NCBI GenBank assembly: GCA_023249645.1
Contig: JAHFCF010000004.1
Span: 821-64,820, forward strand
Length of the DNA stretch: 64,000 bases
Direction: 5' to 3'
Origin: Elusimicrobiota bacterium
GTDB taxonomy: Bacteria > Elusimicrobiota > Elusimicrobia > UBA1565 > UBA9628
Of this stretch, positions 30,026 through 39,324 are shown piece after piece. Both the position numbers and the translations under genes were made by a program. The notes beneath the pieces are model-generated. The model searched no databases. It was not told the origin of the DNA and worked only from the letters and a program-made list of their open reading frames with translations. Each line of letters begins with the position of its first letter. Positions within the stretch are counted from its first letter, which is position 1.

Positions 30026-32719
30026 ATGGCCGGCGTTCTGAACAGCTTCCAGGCCCGAGGGACGCTCGCCTCCGGCCAGAAGACCTGGGAGATCTTCCGT
30101 CTCGAGGCCCTGGCGGGCCGCCACCCTATTGAGCGGCTGCCTTTCTGCCTGCGGGTCTTCCTGGAGAACCTTTTGCGGCACGAGGACGGCTCTCAGGTGA
30201 AAGAGGCGGACATTGCCGCCGTGGCCGACTGGTCGCGCACGCGCCGCGGCGGCACCGAGACCTCCTTCATGCCGGCGCGCGTCTTGATGCAGGATTTCAC
30301 CGGCGTTCCAGCCGTCGTCGACCTCGCCGCCCTACGCGACGCGGTGCGCCGCCTGGGAGGCGATCCCAAGCGCATCAACCCCCTCGTGCCTGTGGATCTC
30401 GTCATCGACCATTCGGTCCAGGTGGATCGGTTTGGAGATGCCCAAGCCTTTGCCTGCAACACCCGGCGCGAATACGAGCGCAATGGGGAGCGCTATGGCT
30501 TCCTCAAGTGGGGCCAGAAGGCCTTTGGGAATTTTTCCGTCGTGCCGCCGGAGAGCGGGATCGTGCACCAGGTCAACCTCGAGCACCTGGCGCGCGTGGT
30601 CTGGACCCGGGAGGTCGGTGGGCGGCGTCTGGCTTACCCGGACACGCTGGTGGGCACGGATTCCCATACCACGATGACCAACGGTCTGGGCGTTCTGAGC
30701 TGGGGGGTCGGAGGCATCGAGGCCGAGGCTGTCATGCTCGGTCAGCCCATCGCCATGCTCGTTCCCGAAGTCATCGGCGTCAGGCTGACCGGCCGCCTGG
30801 CCGAGGGAGTGACCGCGACCGATGTGGTCTTGACTGTGACGCAGATCTTGCGGCGAAAGGGTGTCGTGGAGAAGTTCGTGGAATTCTGCGGCCCCGGCGT
30901 CGGCACGCTCTCCCTGGCGGACCGCGCGACTCTGGCCAATATGGCGCCCGAGTACGGCGCCACGGTCGGATTCTTCCCCGTGGACTGCCAGACCCTGGAT
31001 TACCTGGCCATGACCGGCCGACAAGACGAGCTCATCCGCCTGGTCGAGGACTACAGCAAGGCCCAGGGTCTGTGGCGTTCCGATTCATCTCCGCAACCGG
31101 ATTTCACGGACGTCGTGGAGCTGGACCTGGACTCGATCCGTTCTTCCCTGGCCGGGCCCAGGCGTCCCTCCGAGCTCGTGGCCTTGGCCGAGTCGCGCAG
31201 CGCCTGGGAAGCGTCTTTGCCCAGCTTCTTGAAAGGTAATTCTGGAGCGGACCCGAAGGAGCGCGTTTCCATCGAGGTGGACGGCCGCCGCTGTGAAATC
31301 GGGCATGGGAGCGTGGTCATCGCGGCGATCACCTCCTGCACCAACACGTCCAACCCGGCGGCGATGATCGGGGCGGGGCTTCTCGCGAAGAAAGCCGTGG
31401 AGCGGGGGCTTGAGCGCGCGCCGTGGGTCAAGACCAGCTTGGCTCCCGGCTCCAAGGTGGCGATGGACTACTATCGGGAGGCCGGGCTGATCCATCCCCT
31501 GGAACGCTTGGGCTTCCATCTGGTGGGATTCGGCTGCACGACCTGCATCGGCAACTCAGGACCTTTGGCAGATCAGATCGTCGAGGCCGTCGTCCGCCGC
31601 AAATTGGTCGTGGCCGCCGTGCTCTCCGGCAACCGGAATTTCGAGGGGCGCATCCACCCTCACGTCAAGGCCAGCTACCTGGCTTCGCCCATGCTCGTGG
31701 TGGCCTATGCCCTGGCCGGCCGCATGGACTTAGACCTGGCCCAAGAACCCCTGGGGACCGCCCCGGATGGGCGTCTGGTCTTTCTGCGCGACATCTGGCC
31801 TTCCAACGAGGAGATCGCCAACGTTGTGAGCCGCTCTGTGAAAAAGGAGTTTTTCACGGCCCAGTACGCCTCTCTGGCCGAAGGCGACGAGCATTGGAAA
31901 TCCCTGCCAGCGGCCTCCGATGAGATCTATGCCTGGGATGCGGGTTCGACGTATGTCCGCCGGCCGCCTTATTTCGATGCTGGCGGTGGCTCGCCCCGGA
32001 CGCTGACGGATATCCGCGGCGCGCGGGCGCTGGCTTGGTTCGCCGATAGCGTCACCACCGACCATATCTCTCCCGCCGGCGATATCGCTCAGGGGTCGCC
32101 GGCAGGGCGCTATCTTCAGGAGCAGGGAGTATCCCCGAGGGATTTCAATTCCTATGGCGCGCGGCGGGGAAACCATGAGGTCATGATGCGCGGGACCTTC
32201 GCCAATATCCGCATCAAGAACCTCATGCTGCCCGGCGTGGAGGGAGGCGAGACTGTTCATCTGTCGGAAGGGACGCGGATGCCGATCTTCGACGCCGCCA
32301 TGCGCTATCAAACCGAGGGAATCGGGCTCGTCGTCCTCGCGGGTCGGGAGTACGGCTGCGGTTCTTCCAGGGATTGGGCGGCCAAGGGCCCGGCCCTTTT
32401 GGGCGTGCGCGCGGTGCTGGCCGTCAGTTTCGAGCGCATCCACCGCTCCAACCTCGTCGGGATGGGCATCCTGCCGCTGCAGTTCGCGCCGGGACAAGAC
32501 GCCGTCTCCTTGGGCCTGAGCGGCCGTGAACTCTTCGATATTGCCGGCAACGCCGCCGGTCTGACTCCCCGCCAGCGCGTGGAGGTCGTGGCGACGAAGC
32601 CTGACGGCACTTCAGCGCGCTTCGAGATGCTTGTCCGGGTCGATACGCCGGCTGAAATCCAGTATTACCGGCACGGAGGCATCCTGCCTTTCGTGCTCAG
32701 CCAGCTTCTGCGCCACTGA
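30026..32719 (+). CDS. acnA: Aconitate hydratase A
   Basis: 897 aa; VLMQDFTGVPAVVDLAA, TDSHTTM, SGNRNFEGR aconitase motifs. Confidence 0.95.
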   Translation: MAGVLNSFQARGTLASGQKTWEIFRLEALAGRHPIERLPFCLRVFLENLLRHEDGSQVKEADIAAVADWSRTRRGGTETSFMPARVLMQDFTGVPAVVDLAALRDAVRRLGGDPKRINPLVPVDLVIDHSVQVDRFGDAQAFACNTRREYERNGERYGFLKWGQKAFGNFSVVPPESGIVHQVNLEHLARVVWTREVGGRRLAYPDTLVGTDSHTTMTNGLGVLSWGVGGIEAEAVMLGQPIAMLVPEVIGVRLTGRLAEGVTATDVVLTVTQILRRKGVVEKFVEFCGPGVGTLSLADRATLANMAPEYGATVGFFPVDCQTLDYLAMTGRQDELIRLVEDYSKAQGLWRSDSSPQPDFTDVVELDLDSIRSSLAGPRRPSELVALAESRSAWEASLPSFLKGNSGADPKERVSIEVDGRRCEIGHGSVVIAAITSCTNTSNPAAMIGAGLLAKKAVERGLERAPWVKTSLAPGSKVAMDYYREAGLIHPLERLGFHLVGFGCTTCIGNSGPLADQIVEAVVRRKLVVAAVLSGNRNFEGRIHPHVKASYLASPMLVVAYALAGRMDLDLAQEPLGTAPDGRLVFLRDIWPSNEEIANVVSRSVKKEFFTAQYASLAEGDEHWKSLPAASDEIYAWDAGSTYVRRPPYFDAGGGSPRTLTDIRGARALAWFADSVTTDHISPAGDIAQGSPAGRYLQEQGVSPRDFNSYGARRGNHEVMMRGTFANIRIKNLMLPGVEGGETVHLSEGTRMPIFDAAMRYQTEGIGLVVLAGREYGCGSSRDWAAKGPALLGVRAVLAVSFERIHRSNLVGMGILPLQFAPGQDAVSLGLSGRELFDIAGNAAGLTPRQRVEVVATKPDGTSARFEMLVRVDTPAEIQYYRHGGILPFVLSQLLRH

Positions 32720-32748
32720 ACGCCACTCCCGAGTTCCGCAAGTGGATG

Positions 32749-32790
32749 GACTGTGTCCGGACATAGTCGCAACTCTTCGCGCGAAGAGTT
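32749..32790. repeat. Two adjacent GC-rich hairpins (20-bp near-palindrome + 20-bp perfect palindrome) between convergent acnA and cNMP-binding gene; candidate bidirectional terminator/REP-like element
   Basis: GACTgTGTCCGGACAtAGTC (32749-32768, 1 mismatch) and AACTCTTCGCGCGAAGAGTT (32771-32790, perfect). Confidence 0.35.
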
Positions 32791-32894
32791 CGTGGATAAC
32801 TTCTCGTTGGGAGCGATTCTGTCTTGAATAGGAAAGGGGGACGCGCGGCTTTCACTATCAGCTGGAGGTGAAACCGGGCGGCGTAGAACGGTGG

Positions 32895-33356
32895 TCAGAC
32901 TTTCCCGCAGATCCCCAGCAGTTGGAGCAGGGTCTCCTCGAGGCGCTGGGACATGATCAAAGAGAAGCGCTTGTGGAACTCATAGCCGAGAGTAGGATCC
33001 TTCTCGAACTTGCCGCGCAGGCATTTTCCGTCGAAGGAGAGGGCCAAGACCGTGTCCATGGCGCGCGCGGCCATGTGCCAGCGGTAGGGGGGGATGATCC
33101 AGGACCAGCCCAGGATCTCATTGACCCCCAGCGTCTGCACGATGACGTCGCGCGCCGCTGTCGGGATCTCCACGGCGACTTGTCCCTGCCGGATGAGATA
33201 GAAGCGGTCCGCGTTCTCGCCTTCCCGGAAAAGGAACTGGCCCGCGGAGAAGCGCGCGTTGGCCGCGCAGCCTGCCAAGAGCTCGAGGTAGGGTTCCTGG
33301 AGGCCCTTGAAGAAAGCCTGATTTTCAAGAACGCTCTTGAGGCTCTTCTTTTCCAA
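32895..33356 (-). CDS. Cyclic nucleotide-binding domain protein (no DNA-binding domain)
   Basis: 153 aa with cNMP-binding fold features (FLFREGENADRFYLIRQGQV), lacks C-terminal HTH. Confidence 0.7.
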   Translation of the reverse strand: MEKKSLKSVLENQAFFKGLQEPYLELLAGCAANARFSAGQFLFREGENADRFYLIRQGQVAVEIPTAARDVIVQTLGVNEILGWSWIIPPYRWHMAARAMDTVLALSFDGKCLRGKFEKDPTLGYEFHKRFSLIMSQRLEETLLQLLGICGKV

Positions 33357-33360
33357 GACG

Positions 33361-33744
33361 CTATTTCGCCGCGGCTACCTTTTTGTGGCAGTTCATGCAC
33401 TTGCTCACCGCGAAGATCTTCTTGTCTTTATCGATAGGCGAGGTCTTCACTCCATCGTGACAGAAGGCACAGAGCTTGCCGTCTTTCATGTCCTTCATCT
33501 TGAAACCGGCTTCACTGCGCTTCTGCGCAAAAAGAGGCTCCTTGCCTTCGTGGCATGCCGGGCAGCCTGATCGGTCGCCGTGGCTTTTATGTTGAAAAGT
33601 GACTGGCGCCATCTTGCCGACCTTGTCGAACACGATCTCTACCGGCGCCTTGGCCTTATCATCTGCGGCCAGGATCGGCTTCCCCACGAGGCAGCTTGCA
33701 GCCACCAAGACGACCATCACCAGATAAGAAGACATTCTTCGCAT
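33361..33744 (-). CDS. Periplasmic triheme cytochrome c7/c3-family (PpcA-like)
   Basis: Signal peptide then ~85-aa mature domain with CPACH, CAFCH, CMNCH and Lys-rich spacing typical of cytochrome c7. Confidence 0.8.
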   Translation of the reverse strand: MRRMSSYLVMVVLVAASCLVGKPILAADDKAKAPVEIVFDKVGKMAPVTFQHKSHGDRSGCPACHEGKEPLFAQKRSEAGFKMKDMKDGKLCAFCHDGVKTSPIDKDKKIFAVSKCMNCHKKVAAAK

Positions 33745-33767
33745 ACGAAGCCCTCCCTTACAGTAAT

Positions 33768-34850
33768 TTATACGCCGCACGGTGCAGCCACACGGGGTGC
33801 CGGCTCGCGGGACAGGATCTCGCAGAACTCGCCGGTCAGCGTTTCGGTGATCGCTTCCGCGGCCTGGATCTCTCCCTTGCGCTTGGCGAGGGTCTCGGCG
33901 ATGACGGCCTCAAGATGGTCGATGTTGTAGAGATGCACGCCTGGGATCTGCGCCGCTTCCGGGTCCACATTGCGGGGAACGCCCAGATCGATGACCAAGA
34001 GCGGTCGGCCCTGGCGGGTCTTGACCAGACCGGCGAGGCGTTCCTTGGTGACGAGATAGTGCGGGCAAGAGGTGGAGGCGATGATGACGTCCATCTCGCC
34101 GATGGCCGCCATGCCTTCCTCGAGACTGACGGCCTGCGCGCCGTATTGAGCGGCCAGGATCTGGCCCCTGCCGGAGTCGCGGTTGGCGATGGTAAGTCGC
34201 GTGCCCTTGCGCTCCAAGAGATGTTGGGCCGCGGTCTCCGCCATCTTGCCGGCGCCTACCAGAAGGATGCGGTGCTGGGTCGTGTCCGATGACAGGATCT
34301 TCTCGGCCATGGCCACGGCCGCGCCTCCGCAGCTGCAGATGCCTTGGGCGATTCCTGTCTGCGAGCGGACGTTCTTGCCCGCGGCGAAGGCGGCCTGGAA
34401 GAGCTTGTTGAGAAGCTTGTCCGTGTGGCGCGCTTGATGAGCCTGCTGGTAGGCGGTCTTTGTCTGCCCCAGGATCTGATGCTCTCCGACCACGATGGAA
34501 TCGAGTCCGGAAGACACCCGGAAGAGGTGCTGGACAGCAACCCGGCCGCGCCGGCTGAAGATGTGTCCAGCGCTTTCGGGACAGCGCTGGATGAAGAAGG
34601 CGCGCAGGAGGCTCTCGGCGACGTTGGCGTCTTTGGCGCTGGCGTAGCACTCCAGGCGGTTGCAGGTGGAGACTATGACCAAGCCGGCTAAGGAGCCTGC
34701 TTGGCGTAGCTGCTGGAGGACGGAGGGTAGCTGCTCTGGGGAAATGGAGAGGCGCTCTCGGACTTCCACCTTCGCCTCGCGGTGGCTCAGACCCACCAGG
34801 ACCAGATCGGACCAGGCGCTCAGCGGGCCCGACACGGATTCGGAGGCCAT
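33768..34850 (-). CDS. hemA: Glutamyl-tRNA reductase
   Basis: LVGLSHREAKVEVRERL, STCNRLECY active-site Cys, Rossmann GAGKMAE; 360 aa. Confidence 0.93.
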   Translation of the reverse strand: MASESVSGPLSAWSDLVLVGLSHREAKVEVRERLSISPEQLPSVLQQLRQAGSLAGLVIVSTCNRLECYASAKDANVAESLLRAFFIQRCPESAGHIFSRRGRVAVQHLFRVSSGLDSIVVGEHQILGQTKTAYQQAHQARHTDKLLNKLFQAAFAAGKNVRSQTGIAQGICSCGGAAVAMAEKILSSDTTQHRILLVGAGKMAETAAQHLLERKGTRLTIANRDSGRGQILAAQYGAQAVSLEEGMAAIGEMDVIIASTSCPHYLVTKERLAGLVKTRQGRPLLVIDLGVPRNVDPEAAQIPGVHLYNIDHLEAVIAETLAKRKGEIQAAEAITETLTGEFCEILSREPAPRVAAPCGV

Positions 34851-34871
34851 AAAAGGATTATACCATTTCCC

Positions 34872-36806
34872 TCAGAATTTGACATTGACGCCGGCATTGA
34901 CGACGCTGGCCCGGCCGCTGTTGCTCGAGTCGAACTTGTCGACCCAGTTGTCGATGCGGTAGCCGGCTCGTGCCGAGAGATGTTTGTACTTGGGCGGGGT
35001 GTACTCGACGGTCACGCTGCCGCGCGCGATGCGGATGTCGCGGGGCGTGTAGTCGCCGACGGCGCCCACGGTCGAAGCCCAGTGCATCGGCGTCTCTTCC
35101 TTTGACCAAGTATAGGAGCCGTTGCCCAGGACCACGAAGCCCATGGGGAGATTGATACGGCCATGTCCTCCGACCACGGTGTTTTTTTGGCGGTTGGACA
35201 TACCTCCCTCATGCCAGGCAATAGGGCTGGTCTGGGCCGCGACCAGGGTCGCTGCCGCGTTCCCAATGAAGCCGTTGGTGAAATAGCGGATGGTTTCATA
35301 AGAGGTGTCGGCTCCCACGCAGACCTTGTTGGTGGCCGCCCAATTCAAGCTGGCCCTGTAATCGTTGCGGCTCTCGGCATGGTTCCAGGGCATCTGGCTG
35401 CCCGTCCCGTCCATGTATTCCGTCGCGAGCACCATATCCACGCGCTGGGGGAGTGGCACCGTGATGGTCAGGCTGGCATCATTCTGCCGGTTGTTTTGAT
35501 TGCCGAAAGACGAATGGTTGGCTTGAAGGCGTTTGTAATCGGCATCAGCCTCGATCCCGAAGGGAAGCTCGGCTTTCGCGCCCACTCTGAAATTATGCCG
35601 CACATCGCTGTGGGCGGTCTGAGTGTTCTGTCCATTGGGCAGGACCAGGGTGCCGTCAGAGTAATACCCCACGGTTCCTTCGTTATAATCCCCATGGTCA
35701 CGGCGGTTGTCTATCTCTATCTTATAGGCCGCCGTCAGACGGACTGCTTCCACGGGTCTGTAGTTGGCGTTAAAGTCGCCCTTGAGGTTCGTCTTGTCCA
35801 TCTGGCTGCCATTGCCCTTGTTGCCGATAGGGCTGACGTAGCCGCTGTTCTCCTCGACTTGATAGGCGTTCAGATAGAGCTTCCCGGAGAGAGAAAGGTT
35901 CTGGCGGGCTTTGTAGGCCGCGTTGAGGGCTCCGACGATGGTGTTCCTCTTGTACCCGTTGCTCAGGTTTTCCCGCTGGCGGCCTGTCAAGGCCCCGGTC
36001 AGGCCCAGGTCCTTGCCCATATCCTGGCGGAATTTCAGTTCCGCGCCGGTCATCTGCTGCGCCCCAAAAATGGGTTTGAGCGTACTGTTGATGGCGTGGG
36101 TGTCTTTGGAAGTGTTGGAGTCATCTTTGAATTCGCTGTGCACGATGTCGAGGCTCACGGCGCCGTATTCATTGATGTTGGTCCCCAGGCCGATGATTAC
36201 GTCTCTCTTTGTATTGTTGACGTTGGCGGAGCCGAGCGTCGCGGTGCCTGAGGCGGTGCCCGGAGCCCTGGCCGCCATCGATCCGAATTTTTCCACGGTC
36301 CAGAACTCGGCGGATAACCACTGGGCTGCGTTCTCGGGATTGAGGAGGATCAGGTCGATGTCTGATTCCGTGCGCCGGACGACAAACTCCGTCGTGGTCG
36401 CGATATCCACGGTGGTGAAGTGGGTGGTCGGCTGCCAGGCTCCTTTGAGGATGATCCCGGTCCGGGCGTAGTCCTGGCGGTGGTGCATCGTGTCCACTTT
36501 CGCGCTGATCCTCAGGTTGTCTTGGTAGTCAGCGTTTAAAACACCGTTTTCTTCCGTGCTTCCGATATCCTTAAGCGAGAAATCAAAGAGTCCCTGCTTG
36601 CCCTGATTGGCGAGCTTGACGTCGCCGTGCATGTCTCGATAGAGCTTTCCGTCATATTCCTGGACACGGCCCCGGCTCTGTTCGAAGTCCAGATGAACAA
36701 AGCGCATGGCCACGGCATTGTCCGTGGCGGCAGCCGCATCTTCCTCGGCGCGTGCGGACCAGGCGCCGGCGCCCATCAGCAGGCCGATCAATAGGAATCG
36801 TGTCAT
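34872..36806 (-). CDS. Large outer-membrane beta-barrel protein, candidate MtrB/MtoB/PioB-type porin partner of the upstream decaheme cytochrome
   Basis: Signal peptide (MTRFLLIGLLMGAGAWSARA), ~640 aa of Gly/Asn/Tyr-rich alternating sequence, C-terminal ...VNVKF; immediately downstream of decaheme gene on the same strand. Confidence 0.5.
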   Translation of the reverse strand: MTRFLLIGLLMGAGAWSARAEEDAAAATDNAVAMRFVHLDFEQSRGRVQEYDGKLYRDMHGDVKLANQGKQGLFDFSLKDIGSTEENGVLNADYQDNLRISAKVDTMHHRQDYARTGIILKGAWQPTTHFTTVDIATTTEFVVRRTESDIDLILLNPENAAQWLSAEFWTVEKFGSMAARAPGTASGTATLGSANVNNTKRDVIIGLGTNINEYGAVSLDIVHSEFKDDSNTSKDTHAINSTLKPIFGAQQMTGAELKFRQDMGKDLGLTGALTGRQRENLSNGYKRNTIVGALNAAYKARQNLSLSGKLYLNAYQVEENSGYVSPIGNKGNGSQMDKTNLKGDFNANYRPVEAVRLTAAYKIEIDNRRDHGDYNEGTVGYYSDGTLVLPNGQNTQTAHSDVRHNFRVGAKAELPFGIEADADYKRLQANHSSFGNQNNRQNDASLTITVPLPQRVDMVLATEYMDGTGSQMPWNHAESRNDYRASLNWAATNKVCVGADTSYETIRYFTNGFIGNAAATLVAAQTSPIAWHEGGMSNRQKNTVVGGHGRINLPMGFVVLGNGSYTWSKEETPMHWASTVGAVGDYTPRDIRIARGSVTVEYTPPKYKHLSARAGYRIDNWVDKFDSSNSGRASVVNAGVNVKF

Positions 36807-36828
36807 GGCATTATCCTCGCTGTGTCCT

Positions 36829-37695
36829 TTAGTTTTTAAACGTCGACGACCTGTCAGAGCCATGGATCTCGAAATGGCAGTCCGTGCAGCGGACCTTCCC
36901 CGTGACGCGCGCCATGCTCGTCTGCGAATGTTCCTTCAGGTGGCAGCCCAAGCACAAGGCCGGCATGGCCTGCTTGAGGAGCCGGTCGTTGACCGAGCCA
37001 TGGACGGCATGGCAGTTGGTGCAACTGTCAGAAACCGGCGCATGCTCGAAAGCGAACGGGCCGACCTTCTCTGAATGGCACTTGGCGCAGAGCTCTATCA
37101 AGGAGTCGGCCTTGAGGTTGCCCTCGACGCCGCCGTGCGGGTTGTGGCAGGAGGTGCAGGTCATCTTCCCTTCCAAAACGGGATGGTGGGAGGGCAGGTT
37201 CATGTCGGTCTTCTGCCGGGTGTGGCACTTGAGGCAGGTCTCGGTCTCGCCTTTGACGAGCGAATAGCGGCCCTCGCCGTTGTGCACGCTGTGACACTTC
37301 AGGCAGTTGACGCCGTTCTGGTTGTGGGCGCCTGTCTTCCACATCATGAGGGCCTTGGTCTCTTTGTGGCAGTCGAGGCAGAACTCGGCGCCCTCCGAGG
37401 TCGTGAGCTTGTTGGGATTGCGGATCGTGGCGTAGCCGGGATTATCCTTGTCTCCGGCCGCGGCCGCGTGCAGAGAGCCCGCGCCGTGGCAGGATTCGCA
37501 TCCGTCCTTGAGCTTCTTGGCGGAGAGGGACTTGCGACCGTGGAAAGTCTTGGCGAAGTTTTCCGCGACTTCGCTGTGGCAGTTGGCGCAGACCTCCGCG
37601 CCCACCTTGGCGGCGGTTTCCGCGGCACGCGGCTGTCGCGCGATGAGGAGCGCGCAGGCCGCGGCGAGGATGAACGAAATTGTTGGAGTCCGCAT
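36829..37695 (-). CDS. Periplasmic decaheme c-type cytochrome, MtrA/MtoA/PioA-like
   Basis: Signal peptide + 10 CxxCH in ~290 aa (CANCH, CESCH, CLDCH, CLKCH, CLKCH, CTSCH, CAKCH, CTNCH, CLGCH, CTDCH). Confidence 0.8.
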   Translation of the reverse strand: MRTPTISFILAAACALLIARQPRAAETAAKVGAEVCANCHSEVAENFAKTFHGRKSLSAKKLKDGCESCHGAGSLHAAAAGDKDNPGYATIRNPNKLTTSEGAEFCLDCHKETKALMMWKTGAHNQNGVNCLKCHSVHNGEGRYSLVKGETETCLKCHTRQKTDMNLPSHHPVLEGKMTCTSCHNPHGGVEGNLKADSLIELCAKCHSEKVGPFAFEHAPVSDSCTNCHAVHGSVNDRLLKQAMPALCLGCHLKEHSQTSMARVTGKVRCTDCHFEIHGSDRSSTFKN

Positions 37696-37808
37696 TTTTG
37701 ATGTCCTCCGTAATTTATGATGAAACATTAAGATTAGTATGACAAAAAGGTCATTTTTTCACAATGACGGACATTATGGAAAAAGGATGACGTTCGCCGG
37801 TTAAATCA

Positions 37809-38564
37809 TCAAGGAACGACTTGATTTTCCGCAAGGACGAAATTGGCGATCCCATCCTGCAGATCGTGAGGACAAGTCGCTTGGCGCAGATGGGGTTCGT
37901 CCAGAAGACGTCCCTGGGAGCCCTCGATCTCGATGAAGCCTTTGTCTCGGAACTCGGCCAGGGCGCGGCTCACACCCTCCGGAGTCGTCCCCACGATCTG
38001 GGCCAGTTCCGTGCGCGTCTCCTTGAGGATGAATTTTTTGCCGCCGAGAGCCTGGCTGGCCCGGAGCAGGATCGCCGCCAGGCGCGCGTTGACCGAGCAG
38101 ACCGTGAGGCAGTGCATCTGCTCCTCGGCGCGTCCGAGTTCCCGCGCAAATCTCTGGAGAAGGAGCCGCAGCATCTCTTGGTCCTGCCCGAAGATGGTCC
38201 AAAAATGATTTTTTTCCAGGAAGCAGATGGTGGAGTCTTCCATCGCCTGCCCCGTGCAGGCATAGAGCCTGTCGGCGAAGAATGAGCGGTCTCCGAGAAG
38301 ATTCGGGGCGTCCACGATGCGCACGATCTGGCTGCGTCCGCTCGGGCTTTCCTTGAAGAGCTTGATGCGGCCACGGCAGATGAAATACACCCCTGTCGGC
38401 CGGTTGCCCTGGTAGAAGAGGATATTGCCCTTGCGGTAGGTGTTGGCCGTCATGAACTGCTGACCGCGCTTCCAGGCTTGCGCGGACACATGCTCAAAGA
38501 ATGGAAGACGACGGATGGGGCAGGAACGCCCCAGGTGGCTGCAGCAGTCTTTTTTATCCGGCAT
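37809..38564 (-). CDS. Crp/Fnr-family transcriptional regulator with N-terminal Cys cluster (Fnr-like)
   Basis: N-terminal DCCSHLGRSCP, cNMP-binding-like core, C-terminal HTH (TRTELAQIVGTTPEGVSRAL). Confidence 0.8.
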   Translation of the reverse strand: MPDKKDCCSHLGRSCPIRRLPFFEHVSAQAWKRGQQFMTANTYRKGNILFYQGNRPTGVYFICRGRIKLFKESPSGRSQIVRIVDAPNLLGDRSFFADRLYACTGQAMEDSTICFLEKNHFWTIFGQDQEMLRLLLQRFARELGRAEEQMHCLTVCSVNARLAAILLRASQALGGKKFILKETRTELAQIVGTTPEGVSRALAEFRDKGFIEIEGSQGRLLDEPHLRQATCPHDLQDGIANFVLAENQVVP

Positions 38565-39324
38565 AGGAGTGCAGGCCGCTCATGAGGTAGTTGACGCCGA
38601 AATAGGTGAAGAGGACGAAGGCGAAGCCGGCGACGGAGAACCAAGCCATGCTCCGGCCCTGCCAGCGGTGGGTGCGGCGCAGGTGGATGGCCGCGGTGTA
38701 GACGATCCAGGTGATGAGCGACCAAGTCTCCTTGGGGTCCCAGGACCAATAGGAGCCCCAGGCCTCGTTGGCCCAGACCGCTCCCAGGATGATGCCCGCG
38801 GTCAGCAGAAGATAGCCCAGCCCCATGGCCCGCTCGTTGAAGCGGTCCAGGGCTTGGTCCGTGTCGGTCGTGAGGTAAACGGCGGAGGCCAAAAAGGACA
38901 AGGCCAGGGCGGCGTAGGCCAGCATGATGACGCTCACGTGCAGGAGCAGCCAGTTGGAGCGCAGGGCCGGCACCAGCGGCGCGACCGTCGAATCCAGCAA
39001 GGCGCACAGTCCAAGCAAGGCCAGGCTCAGAGCGCTGATCGCCGGTCCCAGCCAGTCTCCGGGGGCCAGGCGATGGAAGCAGAAGGCCAGAGCCGTGATG
39101 CCCCACGACATGCTGACCAGCGACTCGAATTGATTCGCCAAAGGAACGTGGCCTGAAGCGCGCCAGCGATACATAAGGAAGAGTGTCTGCAGCAGCCAGG
39201 CCGCCGCCAGAGCCGCGTGGCCTGTCCGCCGCAAGCCGGGCTTCGCGAACATATAACCCGCCGCATAGAGGATCAGAGCCGCTAGGTAGAAGGCGAAGGA
39301 GAGATTGAGGAAGGTCGCGTTCAT
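38554..39324 (-). CDS. ccsA: Cytochrome c-type biogenesis protein CcsA (system II heme handling)
   Basis: WGSYWSWDPKETW WWD-domain motif, polytopic; internal Met MNATFLN chosen as start; ATGA overlap with ccsB stop. Confidence 0.9.
   Translation of the reverse strand: MNATFLNLSFAFYLAALILYAAGYMFAKPGLRRTGHAALAAAWLLQTLFLMYRWRASGHVPLANQFESLVSMSWGITALAFCFHRLAPGDWLGPAISALSLALLGLCALLDSTVAPLVPALRSNWLLLHVSVIMLAYAALALSFLASAVYLTTDTDQALDRFNERAMGLGYLLLTAGIILGAVWANEAWGSYWSWDPKETWSLITWIVYTAAIHLRRTHRWQGRSMAWFSVAGFAFVLFTYFGVNYLMSGLHSYAG

Noticed and set aside
35163-36251. 362-aa plus-strand ORF inside the outer-membrane barrel gene region
   Set aside because: Antisense to the signal-peptide-bearing barrel protein; no motifs.
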